NCBI GenBank assembly: GCA_012837335.1
Contig: DURM01000019.1
Coordinates: 11,247-75,246 of the forward strand
From: Bacillota bacterium
Lineage (GTDB): Bacteria; Bacillota; Limnochordia; Darwinibacteriales; DTU012
Direction of reading: 5' to 3'
DNA: 64,000 nt
Position 1 is the stretch's first letter. Each line of letters opens with the position of its first letter. Below are positions 11,785 through 20,283 of this stretch, in pieces. A program made the translations under genes and the position numbers. The notes under the pieces were generated by a model. The model did no database searches and was not told the origin of the DNA. It saw only the letters and a program-made list of their open reading frames with translations.

Positions 11785-12245
11785 GCTTGTACCACCACTT
11801 TTAGCTCCGAAACCAGCTGTTCATAACGCTGTCCGTGAGCTGTAAAGATAAATTCCCGCTGATCTTCAGCGGTTTTCCTGATTTCTATCTGCAGATACTC
11901 AAGGGGCAGATACTCCTGTACAGTATTTCCCCACTCGATCAAACAGACTCCGCTGCCATAAAAGTACTCATCATAACCAATATCCTCTAACTCATGGGGT
12001 TCAATGCGGTATACATCAAAATGATAGACTGGCAGCCTGCCGTCATATTGATTGATTAAAGTAAAAGTGGGACTGGTAATCAGGGTTTCATCAATGCCCA
12101 GTCCGATACCGACACCTTTAACAAACTGAGTTTTACCTGCGCCCAAGTCTCCTTCAAGACTGATTACATCGCCTGGCTGGAGCAAACGGGCTGTTGTTTC
12201 TCCTAAAGCTTGGGTTGCTTGAGGTGAACCTGCAGTATATCTCAC
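11781..12245 (-). CDS. tsaE: tRNA threonylcarbamoyladenosine biosynthesis ATPase TsaE (YjeE)
   Basis: 154 aa with P-loop 'GDLGAGKTQFVKG'. Confidence 0.85.
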   Translation of the reverse strand: MRYTAGSPQATQALGETTARLLQPGDVISLEGDLGAGKTQFVKGVGIGLGIDETLITSPTFTLINQYDGRLPVYHFDVYRIEPHELEDIGYDEYFYGSGVCLIEWGNTVQEYLPLEYLQIEIRKTAEDQREFIFTAHGQRYEQLVSELKVVVQA

Positions 12246-13264
12246 TTGTCGACAATCCTCTCAAATTTAGCTTCTGATAAATCCGCCACAATCTCCCCTA
12301 CCACTCGACCGCGATGATTGCGGACCAGCTGGGGACGATAAGCTTCTAAGATATTGCTGTCACCAATATAGCCTAGTTTATCCAAAATGGCAAGCAAAAC
12401 TGCGGCCACAGCCCTGCTGCTGCCATCTTCAATTTTAAGAGCCAAACCCCAGCCGCGATCCGGCAGTGCCAAGCAGTAGACCGCTTCCGCACCAGATTTA
12501 GCAACCAATTTATATTGTAAATAAGCACGCATTAAGTCCGCTGTCAATTCTCCCGTTCCTGCCGTTAAAATGGGATAGCTGCGCATCGCTTCGGTAATTC
12601 TTTGAACAGCCCCAGCTCGCTCTGGGCTTAATCCACTGGGATCAGCCAAACGTGCCCAAGCCAACGCCATATTATAGATAGAAAAACCAAAAACCGGTAC
12701 TCCGCAGCCGTCAATACCCAGAGCGATCTGTTCCCGCTCAACACCGCAGAAATCACTAATATAACTTAACACCAGCTGCTGCAGGGGATGATCTATTTCG
12801 ATATAATTGTTCAAATCCCAATGATGATACATGGATAAAGCCAGCATCCCGGCGTGTTTGCCTGAGCAGTTGTTGTAGAGCTGGTTTGGTTTTTCTCCTG
12901 CTTGGATCAGTGCTTGCAGTGACTTCTGGTCCCGCGGCGGATGAACTCCGCACTGGAGAGCATGATGATCTAAGCCGAGCTTGTTTAAAATGCTGGTTAC
13001 TGTCTGAATATGCTCCGGTTCACCACTGTGGGAGGCGCACATCACCGCTAGCTCTGCATCAGTAAAGCCAAAACGGTCTGCGGCTCCTGATTCCACAATC
13101 GGAAGGGCTTGAATCGGTTTGGCTGCAGAGCGAAAAAAAGTCTTTAAATATGGATCACCTTGGCTGGCAGCGATTCTGCCTTGAGCATCTACGATAACCC
13201 AACTGCCTCTGTGAACACTTTCCACAATTTGGCTGCGATATACTTTTGCCACAACACTTGCCAT
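12242..13264 (-). CDS. Asparaginase-II family protein (PF06089-like)
   Basis: About 340 aa. Family call made from memory of overall similarity ('CSGKHAGMLAL', 'HSGEPEHIQ'). Start set at 'MASVVAKV'. Overlaps tsaE by 4 nt. Confidence 0.45.
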   Translation of the reverse strand: MASVVAKVYRSQIVESVHRGSWVIVDAQGRIAASQGDPYLKTFFRSAAKPIQALPIVESGAADRFGFTDAELAVMCASHSGEPEHIQTVTSILNKLGLDHHALQCGVHPPRDQKSLQALIQAGEKPNQLYNNCSGKHAGMLALSMYHHWDLNNYIEIDHPLQQLVLSYISDFCGVEREQIALGIDGCGVPVFGFSIYNMALAWARLADPSGLSPERAGAVQRITEAMRSYPILTAGTGELTADLMRAYLQYKLVAKSGAEAVYCLALPDRGWGLALKIEDGSSRAVAAVLLAILDKLGYIGDSNILEAYRPQLVRNHRGRVVGEIVADLSEAKFERIVDK

Positions 13265-13288
13265 TATTTTCCACCTTTCCCGGATCAA

Positions 13289-14005
13289 TTAAGTCTTTGG
13301 TCTTCCCATAGCAGCTGCTGTAAAATGATCAAATAAAGACTGCATTTTTGCATCATGACTGGTCATCAGCTCCGGATGCCACTGCACACCGATAACAAAA
13401 CTGTGCTTGGTACTTTCGATTGCTTCAATTACTCCATCGCTAGCTCTGGCAGTAACTCTTAATCCGGGTGCTGCCTGCTCCACAGCCTGGTGATGAAATG
13501 AGTTGACACGGACAACCTCAGTCCCAAAAATCTGAGCTAAAAGGCTGCCTTGTTCGATCGAAACTGCATGAGTAGGATACCACTTTGGCGCCTGCTGCTG
13601 ATGTTTGATAGGCTGGGAAACAAATGATTCAATATCCTGAATCAAACTTCCCCCGCAGGCTACGTTCAAGACCTGGCAGCCGCGACAAATTGCCAAAATC
13701 GGAAGGTTTCTTGCCAGCGCACCGCGAATCATAGTAATATCGAGTTCATCCCACCAAGGATTAATTATACCACTTTTTGGATGCGATTCCTGATTATAAT
13801 GTTTGGCATCAACATCAATTCCTCCCGGAACTAACAGAGCATCAATTCGATCCAGGATCTGCTCCAGCTTAGCCCTATCCAGGTAGGGGACTAGAATCGG
13901 AATACCTCCAGCGGCGGTAATGCCGTGGATATAAGGTCCGTTTACATAAAATCTTTCCGGGTCACTCCATTGATGACCGCAGGTAATACCAATAAGTGGA
14001 TTCAT
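13289..14005 (-). CDS. Class-I glutamine amidotransferase-like / peptidase C26 family protein (gamma-glutamyl-GABA hydrolase-like)
   Basis: 238 aa. Nucleophile elbow 'AICRGCQVLNV' and a downstream 'FHHQAV'/'VQWHPE' His/Glu pair are typical of C26/PuuD-type amidotransferases. Confidence 0.6.
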   Translation of the reverse strand: MNPLIGITCGHQWSDPERFYVNGPYIHGITAAGGIPILVPYLDRAKLEQILDRIDALLVPGGIDVDAKHYNQESHPKSGIINPWWDELDITMIRGALARNLPILAICRGCQVLNVACGGSLIQDIESFVSQPIKHQQQAPKWYPTHAVSIEQGSLLAQIFGTEVVRVNSFHHQAVEQAAPGLRVTARASDGVIEAIESTKHSFVIGVQWHPELMTSHDAKMQSLFDHFTAAAMGRPKT

Positions 14006-14019
14006 GGTCAGCTTCCTCC

Positions 14020-14052
14020 AAAAAAAGCACTCAACTTTACAGTGAGTGCTTT
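14020..14052 (-). terminator. Rho-independent terminator after toxin gene
   Basis: On the minus strand, UAA is followed by AGCACUCA-loop-UGAGUGCUUUUUUU. The stem begins right at the stop codon. Confidence 0.55.
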
Positions 14053-14407
14053 AGATATCAACCAAACCAAGGCTGATCATAATGGCTCGATCAATTTCGC
14101 TCATTATTTCTTCATCTAAATGTGCAATTTTTTCCTTTAAACGGCGTTTATCAATGGTGCGGACTTGCTCCAGCAGAATTACTGAGTCTTTGTCGAGATT
14201 AAATTCCGCTGCCGAGAGTTCCACATGAGTTGGCAGCTTACCCTTCTTAATCTGAGATGTTATTGCTGCGATAATTGTAGTAGGACTATATTTATTTCCG
14301 ATATTATTCTGCAGGATCAGTACAGGGCGAACACCGCCTTGCTCAGAACCAATTACTGGATTCAAATTAGCATAAAATATATCACCGCGCCTTACCGTTT
14401 GGTGCAC
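14051..14407 (-). CDS. ndoA: MazF/PemK-family endoribonuclease toxin (EndoA/NdoA-like)
   Basis: Strong identity to B. subtilis EndoA ('[29 protein letters not shown]...[10 protein letters not shown]...PTHVEL'). The most parsimonious start is GTG at 14407, 1 nt after the antitoxin stop. An in-frame ATG at 14437 would overlap the antitoxin by 29 nt. Confidence 0.82.
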   Translation of the reverse strand: MHQTVRRGDIFYANLNPVIGSEQGGVRPVLILQNNIGNKYSPTTIIAAITSQIKKGKLPTHVELSAAEFNLDKDSVILLEQVRTIDKRRLKEKIAHLDEEIMSEIDRAIMISLGLVDI

Positions 14408-14408
14408 A

Positions 14409-14678
14409 TTATTCAGCCTCCGCCAACTGACGTTCATATTGGTCAAGCAGTTGATCATCGGATCCTTCTTCAGCTAAGAGTAGGTTAATGGCTGCCATGC
14501 TTTGATACCCGTCTTTGAGCTGTTCCCGCAGCACAGAGCGTTTCTTGTGCAGAATGTACATCTGGACGGCTTCGCAAATAAACTGGCTGCGATTACCGTT
14601 GCTTTCCTGCACAACCTGATCTACTTCTTCTAATAATTTATTCGGTACAGATATCATTATTCGTTTATTCTGAGCCAA
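14409..14678 (-). CDS. ndoAI: Ribbon-helix-helix antitoxin (EndoAI/MazE-like)
   Basis: 89 aa RHH fold ('[16 protein letters not shown]...RSQFICEAV') directly upstream of the toxin. TTG start at 14678 is preceded by AAGAGGTGA. An ATG 8 codons in is the alternative. Confidence 0.75.
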   Translation of the reverse strand: MAQNKRIMISVPNKLLEEVDQVVQESNGNRSQFICEAVQMYILHKKRSVLREQLKDGYQSMAAINLLLAEEGSDDQLLDQYERQLAEAE

Positions 14679-14724
14679 AACAGTTCACCTCTTAAATGAA
14701 TAGTAATCCGAATGAACCAATCTC

Positions 14725-14754
14725 ATTATAACCTGGTAAAAATTAGTTTGTCAA
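14725..14754 (-). promoter_or_regulatory. Near-consensus sigma-A promoter for ndoAI-ndoA
   Basis: Minus-strand TTGACA, 18 nt spacer, then TATAAT, about 45 nt upstream of the antitoxin start. Confidence 0.5.
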
Positions 14755-14776
14755 TCAACGCAACATTTGCTCTTAT

Positions 14777-14789
14777 CCATAATTTATGG
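14777..14789. promoter_or_regulatory. Perfect 13-bp palindrome CCATAATTTATGG in divergent promoter region
   Basis: Exact inverted repeat between the toxin-antitoxin operon and the XRE gene, lying between candidate -35 and -10 elements of the XRE gene. It is a candidate operator. Confidence 0.3.
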
Positions 14790-14863
14790 TAATCTATGGG
14801 TAGAACACCGGTTTGTTTCCATAATTGCCGGAAAAGCAATTCTTGAAAAGAAGGTGTTAGAAT

Positions 14864-15565
14864 ATGATTGGCAATAATATCCGTATGCGGAGAAAAAAAC
14901 TTAGACTCAGTCAGGAAGCTTTAGCCCAAGGAGACTGGACCCGCAGTTACATCAGTCAGATCGAGCGCGGCCGTATTCAACCATCCATCGACACACTAAC
15001 CAAAATCGCCATCAAACTCGACACTACTGTCGCCGAGCTTATTGGCGATCAAACACTAGTGCACCAAGCTAAAGCGGCAGTTTTATATCCTGACATCTGC
15101 AAGCAATACCTAGATCAACTGCCAGAAACACCTACTACTATATTTCTTGATCAGTTAACAAATTCCCTGCTCACTAACAATAACCTTGATTTCCAATTGC
15201 CGCCAAATCCTGAACTTTATTATCTAACTGCTAGGGTACTCATTTTCCAGAAAAAATATCCATCAGCTGTGAAGTTACTGCAAAAGGCACTCAAACTCTT
15301 CGATGTATTTTGGCGGATCTTGTTCATGCGCAAATTATACTTTGTGTACCAGCAGCTTAATGACCAAGAAGGAATGGAAAGTGTTAAAGCCGAGCTCGGC
15401 CAAGCCTTAGCATCACTTGACAGCACTGACGACCTGAAGTCTAAACTGGCCCAGGAGTTGAAATTCGAATCAGATCCGGTGCGTATCACTCATCTGTCTA
15501 ACTTTATCCTTGCTATCGAATTCGGAGAGGATTTCATAGAAGCCATAAAACTGGCGAACTCATAA
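14864..15565 (+). CDS. XRE-family helix-turn-helix transcriptional regulator with C-terminal helical domain
   Basis: N-terminal Cro/C1 helix-turn-helix ('LRLSQEALAQGDWTRSYISQIERG'). The remaining roughly 160 aa is predicted helical. RBS is AAGGTG. Confidence 0.7.
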   Translation: MIGNNIRMRRKKLRLSQEALAQGDWTRSYISQIERGRIQPSIDTLTKIAIKLDTTVAELIGDQTLVHQAKAAVLYPDICKQYLDQLPETPTTIFLDQLTNSLLTNNNLDFQLPPNPELYYLTARVLIFQKKYPSAVKLLQKALKLFDVFWRILFMRKLYFVYQQLNDQEGMESVKAELGQALASLDSTDDLKSKLAQELKFESDPVRITHLSNFILAIEFGEDFIEAIKLANS

Positions 15566-15591
15566 TTAAATTAGGCTGTATAAAAACTCAA

Positions 15592-15631
15592 AGAGGGACG
15601 AATAATTCGTCCCTCTGTTATTTTCATTTTT
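15592..15631. terminator. Bidirectional rho-independent terminator
   Basis: AGAGGGACGAA-TAA-TTCGTCCCTCT followed by a T-rich run. It lies between the convergent XRE gene and the ABC ATPase gene. Confidence 0.6.
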
Positions 15632-15643
15632 AATTGTGCCGGC

Positions 15644-16801
15644 TTATCTTAAGCGTACGTTTTCTTTACGCAGGGTTCTCTCAGTTTCTTTGTCAAACAG
15701 ATGGCACTTAGCCATGTTAATGGCAACCTTGTGCGGTTCACCGCTGACAGCCTCTGTCTGAGCGTCAACGCGAGCAATTAACTGTGGAATCTCTTCGTCT
15801 AATGACAGATAGAGGAATGTTTCAGCACCCATCGGCTCAATTACGTCTACGTTGGCAATAAAGCTGTTAACAGCTTCAGCGCCTTCGCCTGCCTGCGCCT
15901 TCCATACATTGAAGTCTTCGATATCTTCTGGACGGATACCGAAAATAATTTCTTTCTCAACGTACGCATCTAAGTTGTCAAAGTATGCAACACGCTCAGC
16001 TGGAATTTCCAGTTTAACGCGGCCTTCAATAGTTTCAACAAAGTAGCGGCCATCTTCGCGTGTTAAAATCATATTAATGAAGTTCATGGGTGGACTGCCG
16101 ATAAATCCGCCTACAAACACATTGTCTGGATGATTATAAATAACCAGCGGACTGGCAACTTGTTGGATGAATCCGTCACGCATAACTACAATCCGGTCAC
16201 CCATGGTCATGGCTTCGGTTTGGTCGTGAGTAACATATACGATAGTTGCCTGCAGACTCTGATGGAGTTTGCTCAACTCAGCTCTCATCTGTACGCGGAG
16301 CTTAGCGTCCAAGTTGGACAGCGGTTCGTCCATCAAGAATACTTTTGGCTCCCGTACAATCGCTCTACCTACAGCAACACGCTGGCGCTGACCACCAGAC
16401 AGCTGCTTCGGTTTGCGGTCAAGCAGGTTTTCGATACCTAACATGCGGGCAGCTTCTTTTACCCGACGATCAATTTCAGTCTTAGGGAATTTGCGAAGCT
16501 TCAAACCAAACGCCATATTATTGTAAACATCCATGTGTGGATACAAGGCGTAGTTTTGGAATACCATTGCGATGTCCCTATCTTTTGGAGGCACGTCATT
16601 AACAACTGTATCTCCAATACTGATAGTTCCTTCAGTGATTTCTTCAAGGCCTGCAATCATCCGCAGCGTAGTGGTTTTTCCACATCCGGATGGACCTACT
16701 AATACCATAAACTCTCTATCTTTAACTTCTAAATCAACATCGTTTACTGCTATTACGTTACCAAAGCGCTTGGTAACACCATTCAGCAATACTCTGGCCA
16801 T
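15644..16801 (-). CDS. Sugar ABC transporter ATP-binding protein (MalK/MsmX family)
   Basis: Walker A 'GPSGCGKTT', signature 'LSGGQRQR', Walker B 'FLMDEPLSNLD', and a C-terminal MalK-like TOBE domain. There is no adjacent permease or binding-protein gene. Confidence 0.85.
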   Translation of the reverse strand: MARVLLNGVTKRFGNVIAVNDVDLEVKDREFMVLVGPSGCGKTTTLRMIAGLEEITEGTISIGDTVVNDVPPKDRDIAMVFQNYALYPHMDVYNNMAFGLKLRKFPKTEIDRRVKEAARMLGIENLLDRKPKQLSGGQRQRVAVGRAIVREPKVFLMDEPLSNLDAKLRVQMRAELSKLHQSLQATIVYVTHDQTEAMTMGDRIVVMRDGFIQQVASPLVIYNHPDNVFVGGFIGSPPMNFINMILTREDGRYFVETIEGRVKLEIPAERVAYFDNLDAYVEKEIIFGIRPEDIEDFNVWKAQAGEGAEAVNSFIANVDVIEPMGAETFLYLSLDEEIPQLIARVDAQTEAVSGEPHKVAINMAKCHLFDKETERTLRKENVRLR

Positions 16802-17208
16802 TAATTGCCCTCCTCTATATCAAAATTTAGCACTTGGCTTGTAGTGAGATATAATGATTTTTAAGACCTAAAAGCCACCTCCTAGAATTATAACATCTTA
16901 TCGTTCATTTTTCATGGTTAATTTTAGAGAGATTACACTGAGAGATTAAACCAATTGGCACAAAGCCAAAAAAACCTCCGCTTATTTTCAGTTAATGCCG
17001 ACTATATATGCTGAAACAGACATACAAAGAGTATCTCTCCTATTTTGACTATTCCACAACCACAATAAATATCCTTCTTTTAATTAATATATTTTTAAAA
17101 ACTTTTTAAAGCCCCGTGCTAGCTATAGGCAGACCTATTTTTAATATTCACCAAAACCATCCTAATTCCTGCCTAAAATCCGCACAAGATTTTTGGATCC
17201 TCAATTTT

Positions 17209-17238
17209 AAAGCGGTCTGCCCTAAGACAGACCGCTTT
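17209..17238. terminator. Hairpin terminator downstream of porin gene
   Basis: Perfect 11-bp stem AAAGCGGTCTG / CAGACCGCTTT with an 8-nt loop, 24 nt after the stop of the 17262..18584 gene. Confidence 0.5.
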
Positions 17239-17261
17239 ATCACAGACATTTCGACTAAATG

Positions 17262-18584
17262 CTAGAATTTAACAGCAATACCTGCTTTAGCAGTAGTACC
17301 GGTTTTGATAGATTCATCAGCAAATTTACCACCAACGTGGGTGATGCTCAAGCCGATACCGTTAGGTGCATCGTATGCAGCGCCAACTTCATAACCAATT
17401 GTTTCAAGGTCAGAAATTGTAACTTCGCTGTTAAGTTCAAGTCCTTTAACTGCAGGAATTAAGCCCAGTTTAGTGTCAGCACCTACAGTGTGGATCAAGC
17501 CGTTACCAGGTGTCCATTCACCATTGTATTTAGCTGTAACATCTAAACCGTCAATTACTGCGAATGCTCGATCGACTGCTAGATTTGTGCTTTGAGTTTT
17601 AATACCTTCGTTAACTGCTAATACTGTTTCAACATTAACGTTGAATCCTTCTACATTGGTTGCTGCGGATAATACAGCTTCATCAAACATCTGATCATAG
17701 TCAGCTGCTAACTGAATACCAGAGTGCTCAGCAGCGATACCTGCGTAGAAACCGCTGTCTCTGCGGCTGTCTTCATGAATCCAGTTCTGGCCGCGATCTT
17801 TCTTAGCTTTATCAGCGATATATGCCGGTTTCCATTCTTCAGAAATAGCTTTGTAACCACCGTGAACGCTTACGTTATCCATTACTTGATACTGAGCGCC
17901 AACAGCTAACATATGGTGAATAGGTCTTTCTTCGCCCTCTTCAACGTCTTCCAGATCTAATTGTGCTGCAACTGAACCACCAAGTACAAGGTCTTTCATC
18001 GGACGAACTGCACCGTCAACTACCATGTGAAGTGAATCCCAGTCATAGATAACTGCAGTACCAGCCGCCAGATTGTCCATGCTCATGTCAGCGCGGATAC
18101 CCTGGATCGATTTGTGTTCTTCAGTAGGAATACCATAGAAACCATTAACTGCAACTGGACCAATGTTCATGCCGCTGACACTGATACCATATTGATTTTT
18201 AACTGTGCTGAATGGGCCATAGTCAATGTCAAGGCTGCCGAAGCGAGTAGTTGCTTCAGGTCCGCCGTGCCAGAATGAACCATCAGTTTCGATATAAGCT
18301 TTCTTCAGAACAAGATTGTTTGCATCTAATTTCAGGTCTAAACCTTGGCTGTTTTTATCGCCAATACCAAATTCAACAACTGCTCTGGTTTTGTCATCTG
18401 CTGTGTCTAAACCGAAGTTCAGATTCAGCTCAGAAGTCGGTTTAGTTGTGATTGTGCCATCTAAATCTCTGTGCCACTCCAGATTTGTTTTCAAGGAACC
18501 ATCAAAGTTGATACCGGCTGCGAAAACAGATCCGGATACTGCTAATACAAGAGCTAATGTTAAAGCAATAATAGATTTTCTCAT
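17262..18584 (-). CDS. Putative outer-membrane beta-barrel protein / porin
   Basis: Start at 'MRKSIIALTLALVLAVSGSVFA' (Sec signal, RBS GGGGGA). The sequence is rich in alternating hydrophobic residues and Gly, Asp and Asn, and it ends in '...GIAVKF'. A terminal Phe is the usual C-terminal beta-signal of proteins inserted by the BAM outer-membrane assembly machinery. No S-layer-homology domain. Confidence 0.55.
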   Translation of the reverse strand: MRKSIIALTLALVLAVSGSVFAAGINFDGSLKTNLEWHRDLDGTITTKPTSELNLNFGLDTADDKTRAVVEFGIGDKNSQGLDLKLDANNLVLKKAYIETDGSFWHGGPEATTRFGSLDIDYGPFSTVKNQYGISVSGMNIGPVAVNGFYGIPTEEHKSIQGIRADMSMDNLAAGTAVIYDWDSLHMVVDGAVRPMKDLVLGGSVAAQLDLEDVEEGEERPIHHMLAVGAQYQVMDNVSVHGGYKAISEEWKPAYIADKAKKDRGQNWIHEDSRRDSGFYAGIAAEHSGIQLAADYDQMFDEAVLSAATNVEGFNVNVETVLAVNEGIKTQSTNLAVDRAFAVIDGLDVTAKYNGEWTPGNGLIHTVGADTKLGLIPAVKGLELNSEVTISDLETIGYEVGAAYDAPNGIGLSITHVGGKFADESIKTGTTAKAGIAVKF

Positions 18585-19020
18585 TTGGAATATTATCCCC
18601 CTTAAATCTGTTAAATCATTTTCATTTAAGCTTTGTCTTTTAGAAAAAACACTTGAATTTACGATGTCTAAGTCCGAATGAAAGAAGCATTGCCTGTGAG
18701 TATCCATGTTTCCTCATTGTCAATGTTCCTTCTGCTGCTTTGACTGGAACAGTGAGTTCAGCGACTAGACATGTCTTGCTGCATCATTCTCACTCCGTTT
18801 CTCGGTCTGCTTACCGGGGGACTGTCACCTCCTTTCTTGGTCTGCCGAAAAAAAGAGTCGAATGCGCAACACTAACTAACATAAGTTAGCCAAGCTGCAA
18901 TGAAAACTTGTTCATTACAACTACGCTATAAATATTCTCTTTCTTGGACATAAGTCCTGCTAGAAAGCTTAATGAACTTTTTCCCATTTCTGGAAAGCTC
19001 TGCAGTAAATATGCAGTCCG

Positions 19021-19062
19021 AAAATAAAAATCGGAACCGGTAGCTCTCCTTGACCGATTCCG
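19021..19062 (-). terminator. Rho-independent terminator after HAD hydrolase gene
   Basis: On the minus strand, CGGAAUCGGU-loop-ACCGGUUCCG is followed by AUUUUUAUUUU. It lies 10 nt after the 19073 stop. Confidence 0.55.
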
Positions 19063-19072
19063 ACCAAATTGT

Positions 19073-19891
19073 TTACGATGTTACCTTATCTAAGATAAAT
19101 CGATTGAGGGCGTAAGCCACTCCCGCTTCATTGTTAGTCTTGGTTACAAAGTCGGCAGCCTCCCGCACATGCTGCGCTGCATTGGCCATGGCCACTCCAA
19201 TTCCAGCCCACTTTATCATCTGCAGATCATTACCTCCATCTCCAATGGCCATCACTTCATCAGATTTTAGTCCCAGAGATTCTGCTAGTTTGGCTAGAGC
19301 TTTGCCCTTAGTAGCATCTAAATGGGTCATCTCAACATAGCGCTTTTTAGAGCGCGTGACCTGAGCAGCGGCGCCAAACTCAGCCTGCATTATTGGGAGA
19401 TTCTCGCCGAAATTTTCGTCGTCCCCTACAATTAATAGCTTGGAAATAGGCTTATGCCCATCTGCAACAAATTCATAAAGATCTCCCACAGGCTGCGCCT
19501 TGATGCCGATCATGCTCTCGTAATACTTAACATTGGCGTTGATTTTCTCTACATAAAGCTCATCGTTGTAATAGGCGTTCAGCGTCCAGTCACGCTCCTG
19601 GCAGAATCTAATTATTGCTAGGGCGGTGGATTCTTCTAATGGGGTGTGCGAAACCAGTTCCCCGTTAATCCGGCGCACCATGGCACCGTTATAGCTGATC
19701 ATCATCTGCTCCGGACGCATTCCCATCGCTTCAGCAAACGGCTTGGCACTGCAGAACATTCTTCCGGTGGCAATAATAACTTCCGCGCCAAGCTCGCGGA
19801 CGCGCTCAATTGCTTCCATATTTTCCTGCGGTATCTCATGATTATCGTTGATCAGCGTATCATCCAAGTCCAATGCGACTAATTTAATCAT
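19073..19891 (-). CDS. Cof-type HAD-IIB family hydrolase (sugar-phosphate phosphatase-like)
   Basis: 'LVALDLDDTLIN' motif I, 'IATGR' motif II, and 'AIGDGGNDLQMIKWAGIGVAMANA' motifs III/IV. Confidence 0.8.
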   Translation of the reverse strand: MIKLVALDLDDTLINDNHEIPQENMEAIERVRELGAEVIIATGRMFCSAKPFAEAMGMRPEQMMISYNGAMVRRINGELVSHTPLEESTALAIIRFCQERDWTLNAYYNDELYVEKINANVKYYESMIGIKAQPVGDLYEFVADGHKPISKLLIVGDDENFGENLPIMQAEFGAAAQVTRSKKRYVEMTHLDATKGKALAKLAESLGLKSDEVMAIGDGGNDLQMIKWAGIGVAMANAAQHVREAADFVTKTNNEAGVAYALNRFILDKVTS

Positions 19892-19920
19892 ATCGATCTC
19901 CTTTGTGCTCCAATTCTGAT

Positions 19921-20283
19921 TTATTCTAGACTGATTTCGATCCTGCGATCGCTGTCTTTTTGTTCTACTTCGATTAATTGACCCACTGCTCCTGCTTCGA
20001 TCTGAGCGAGGATCAAGTCAATATCAATCTGAACCTGGAGATCTTTTGGGATGAAACGCCAAAACATACCGGCTAAATTAACTGGTATCTTTAAATTAGT
20101 AGTTTCTTTACCTTGTTCACTGATCTTCACCAATACTTTTTGGGCTTTCCTTACTCGACTCTGCTCCGCTGCCTCAATAGCTTCTAACAGCTTTACACTT
20201 TCCGCAACATTGATTTTCCCAGCACTCAGCATCTCCAAAACCTGAATTTGTTCTTTATTCAGAGCCATGTTTTTCCCTTTCAT
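19921..20283 (-). CDS. Small hypothetical protein sharing N-terminal helical motif with the DUF4097 and DUF2089 neighbours
   Basis: 120 aa. 'LNKEQIQVLEMLSAGKINVAESVKLLEAIE' resembles 'RITAQEAVELLEAME' (next gene) and 'GEITAEEAIRLLKK' (DUF2089 protein). Start is uncertain (ATG at 20283 or 20268). Confidence 0.35.
   Translation of the reverse strand: MKGKNMALNKEQIQVLEMLSAGKINVAESVKLLEAIEAAEQSRVRKAQKVLVKISEQGKETTNLKIPVNLAGMFWRFIPKDLQVQIDIDLILAQIEAGAVGQLIEVEQKDSDRRIEISLE

Noticed and set aside
12756-12953. 65-aa ORF nested in the asparaginase-family gene
   Set aside because: It is in a different frame of a conserved gene, with no independent signals.
14408-14437. ATG at 14437 as toxin start (would overlap antitoxin by 29 nt)
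   Set aside because: EndoA homologs begin near 'xxxRGD(I/V)Y'. The GTG at 14407, directly after the antitoxin stop, gives the expected roughly 118-aa length. This remains uncertain.
16802-17261. 460-bp AT-rich intergenic region scanned for tRNA, small RNA or IS remnants
   Set aside because: No tRNA-like cloverleaf, inverted terminal repeats or transposase fragment could be discerned by eye. It is most likely a promoter or UTR region. This would need a covariance-model scan to settle.
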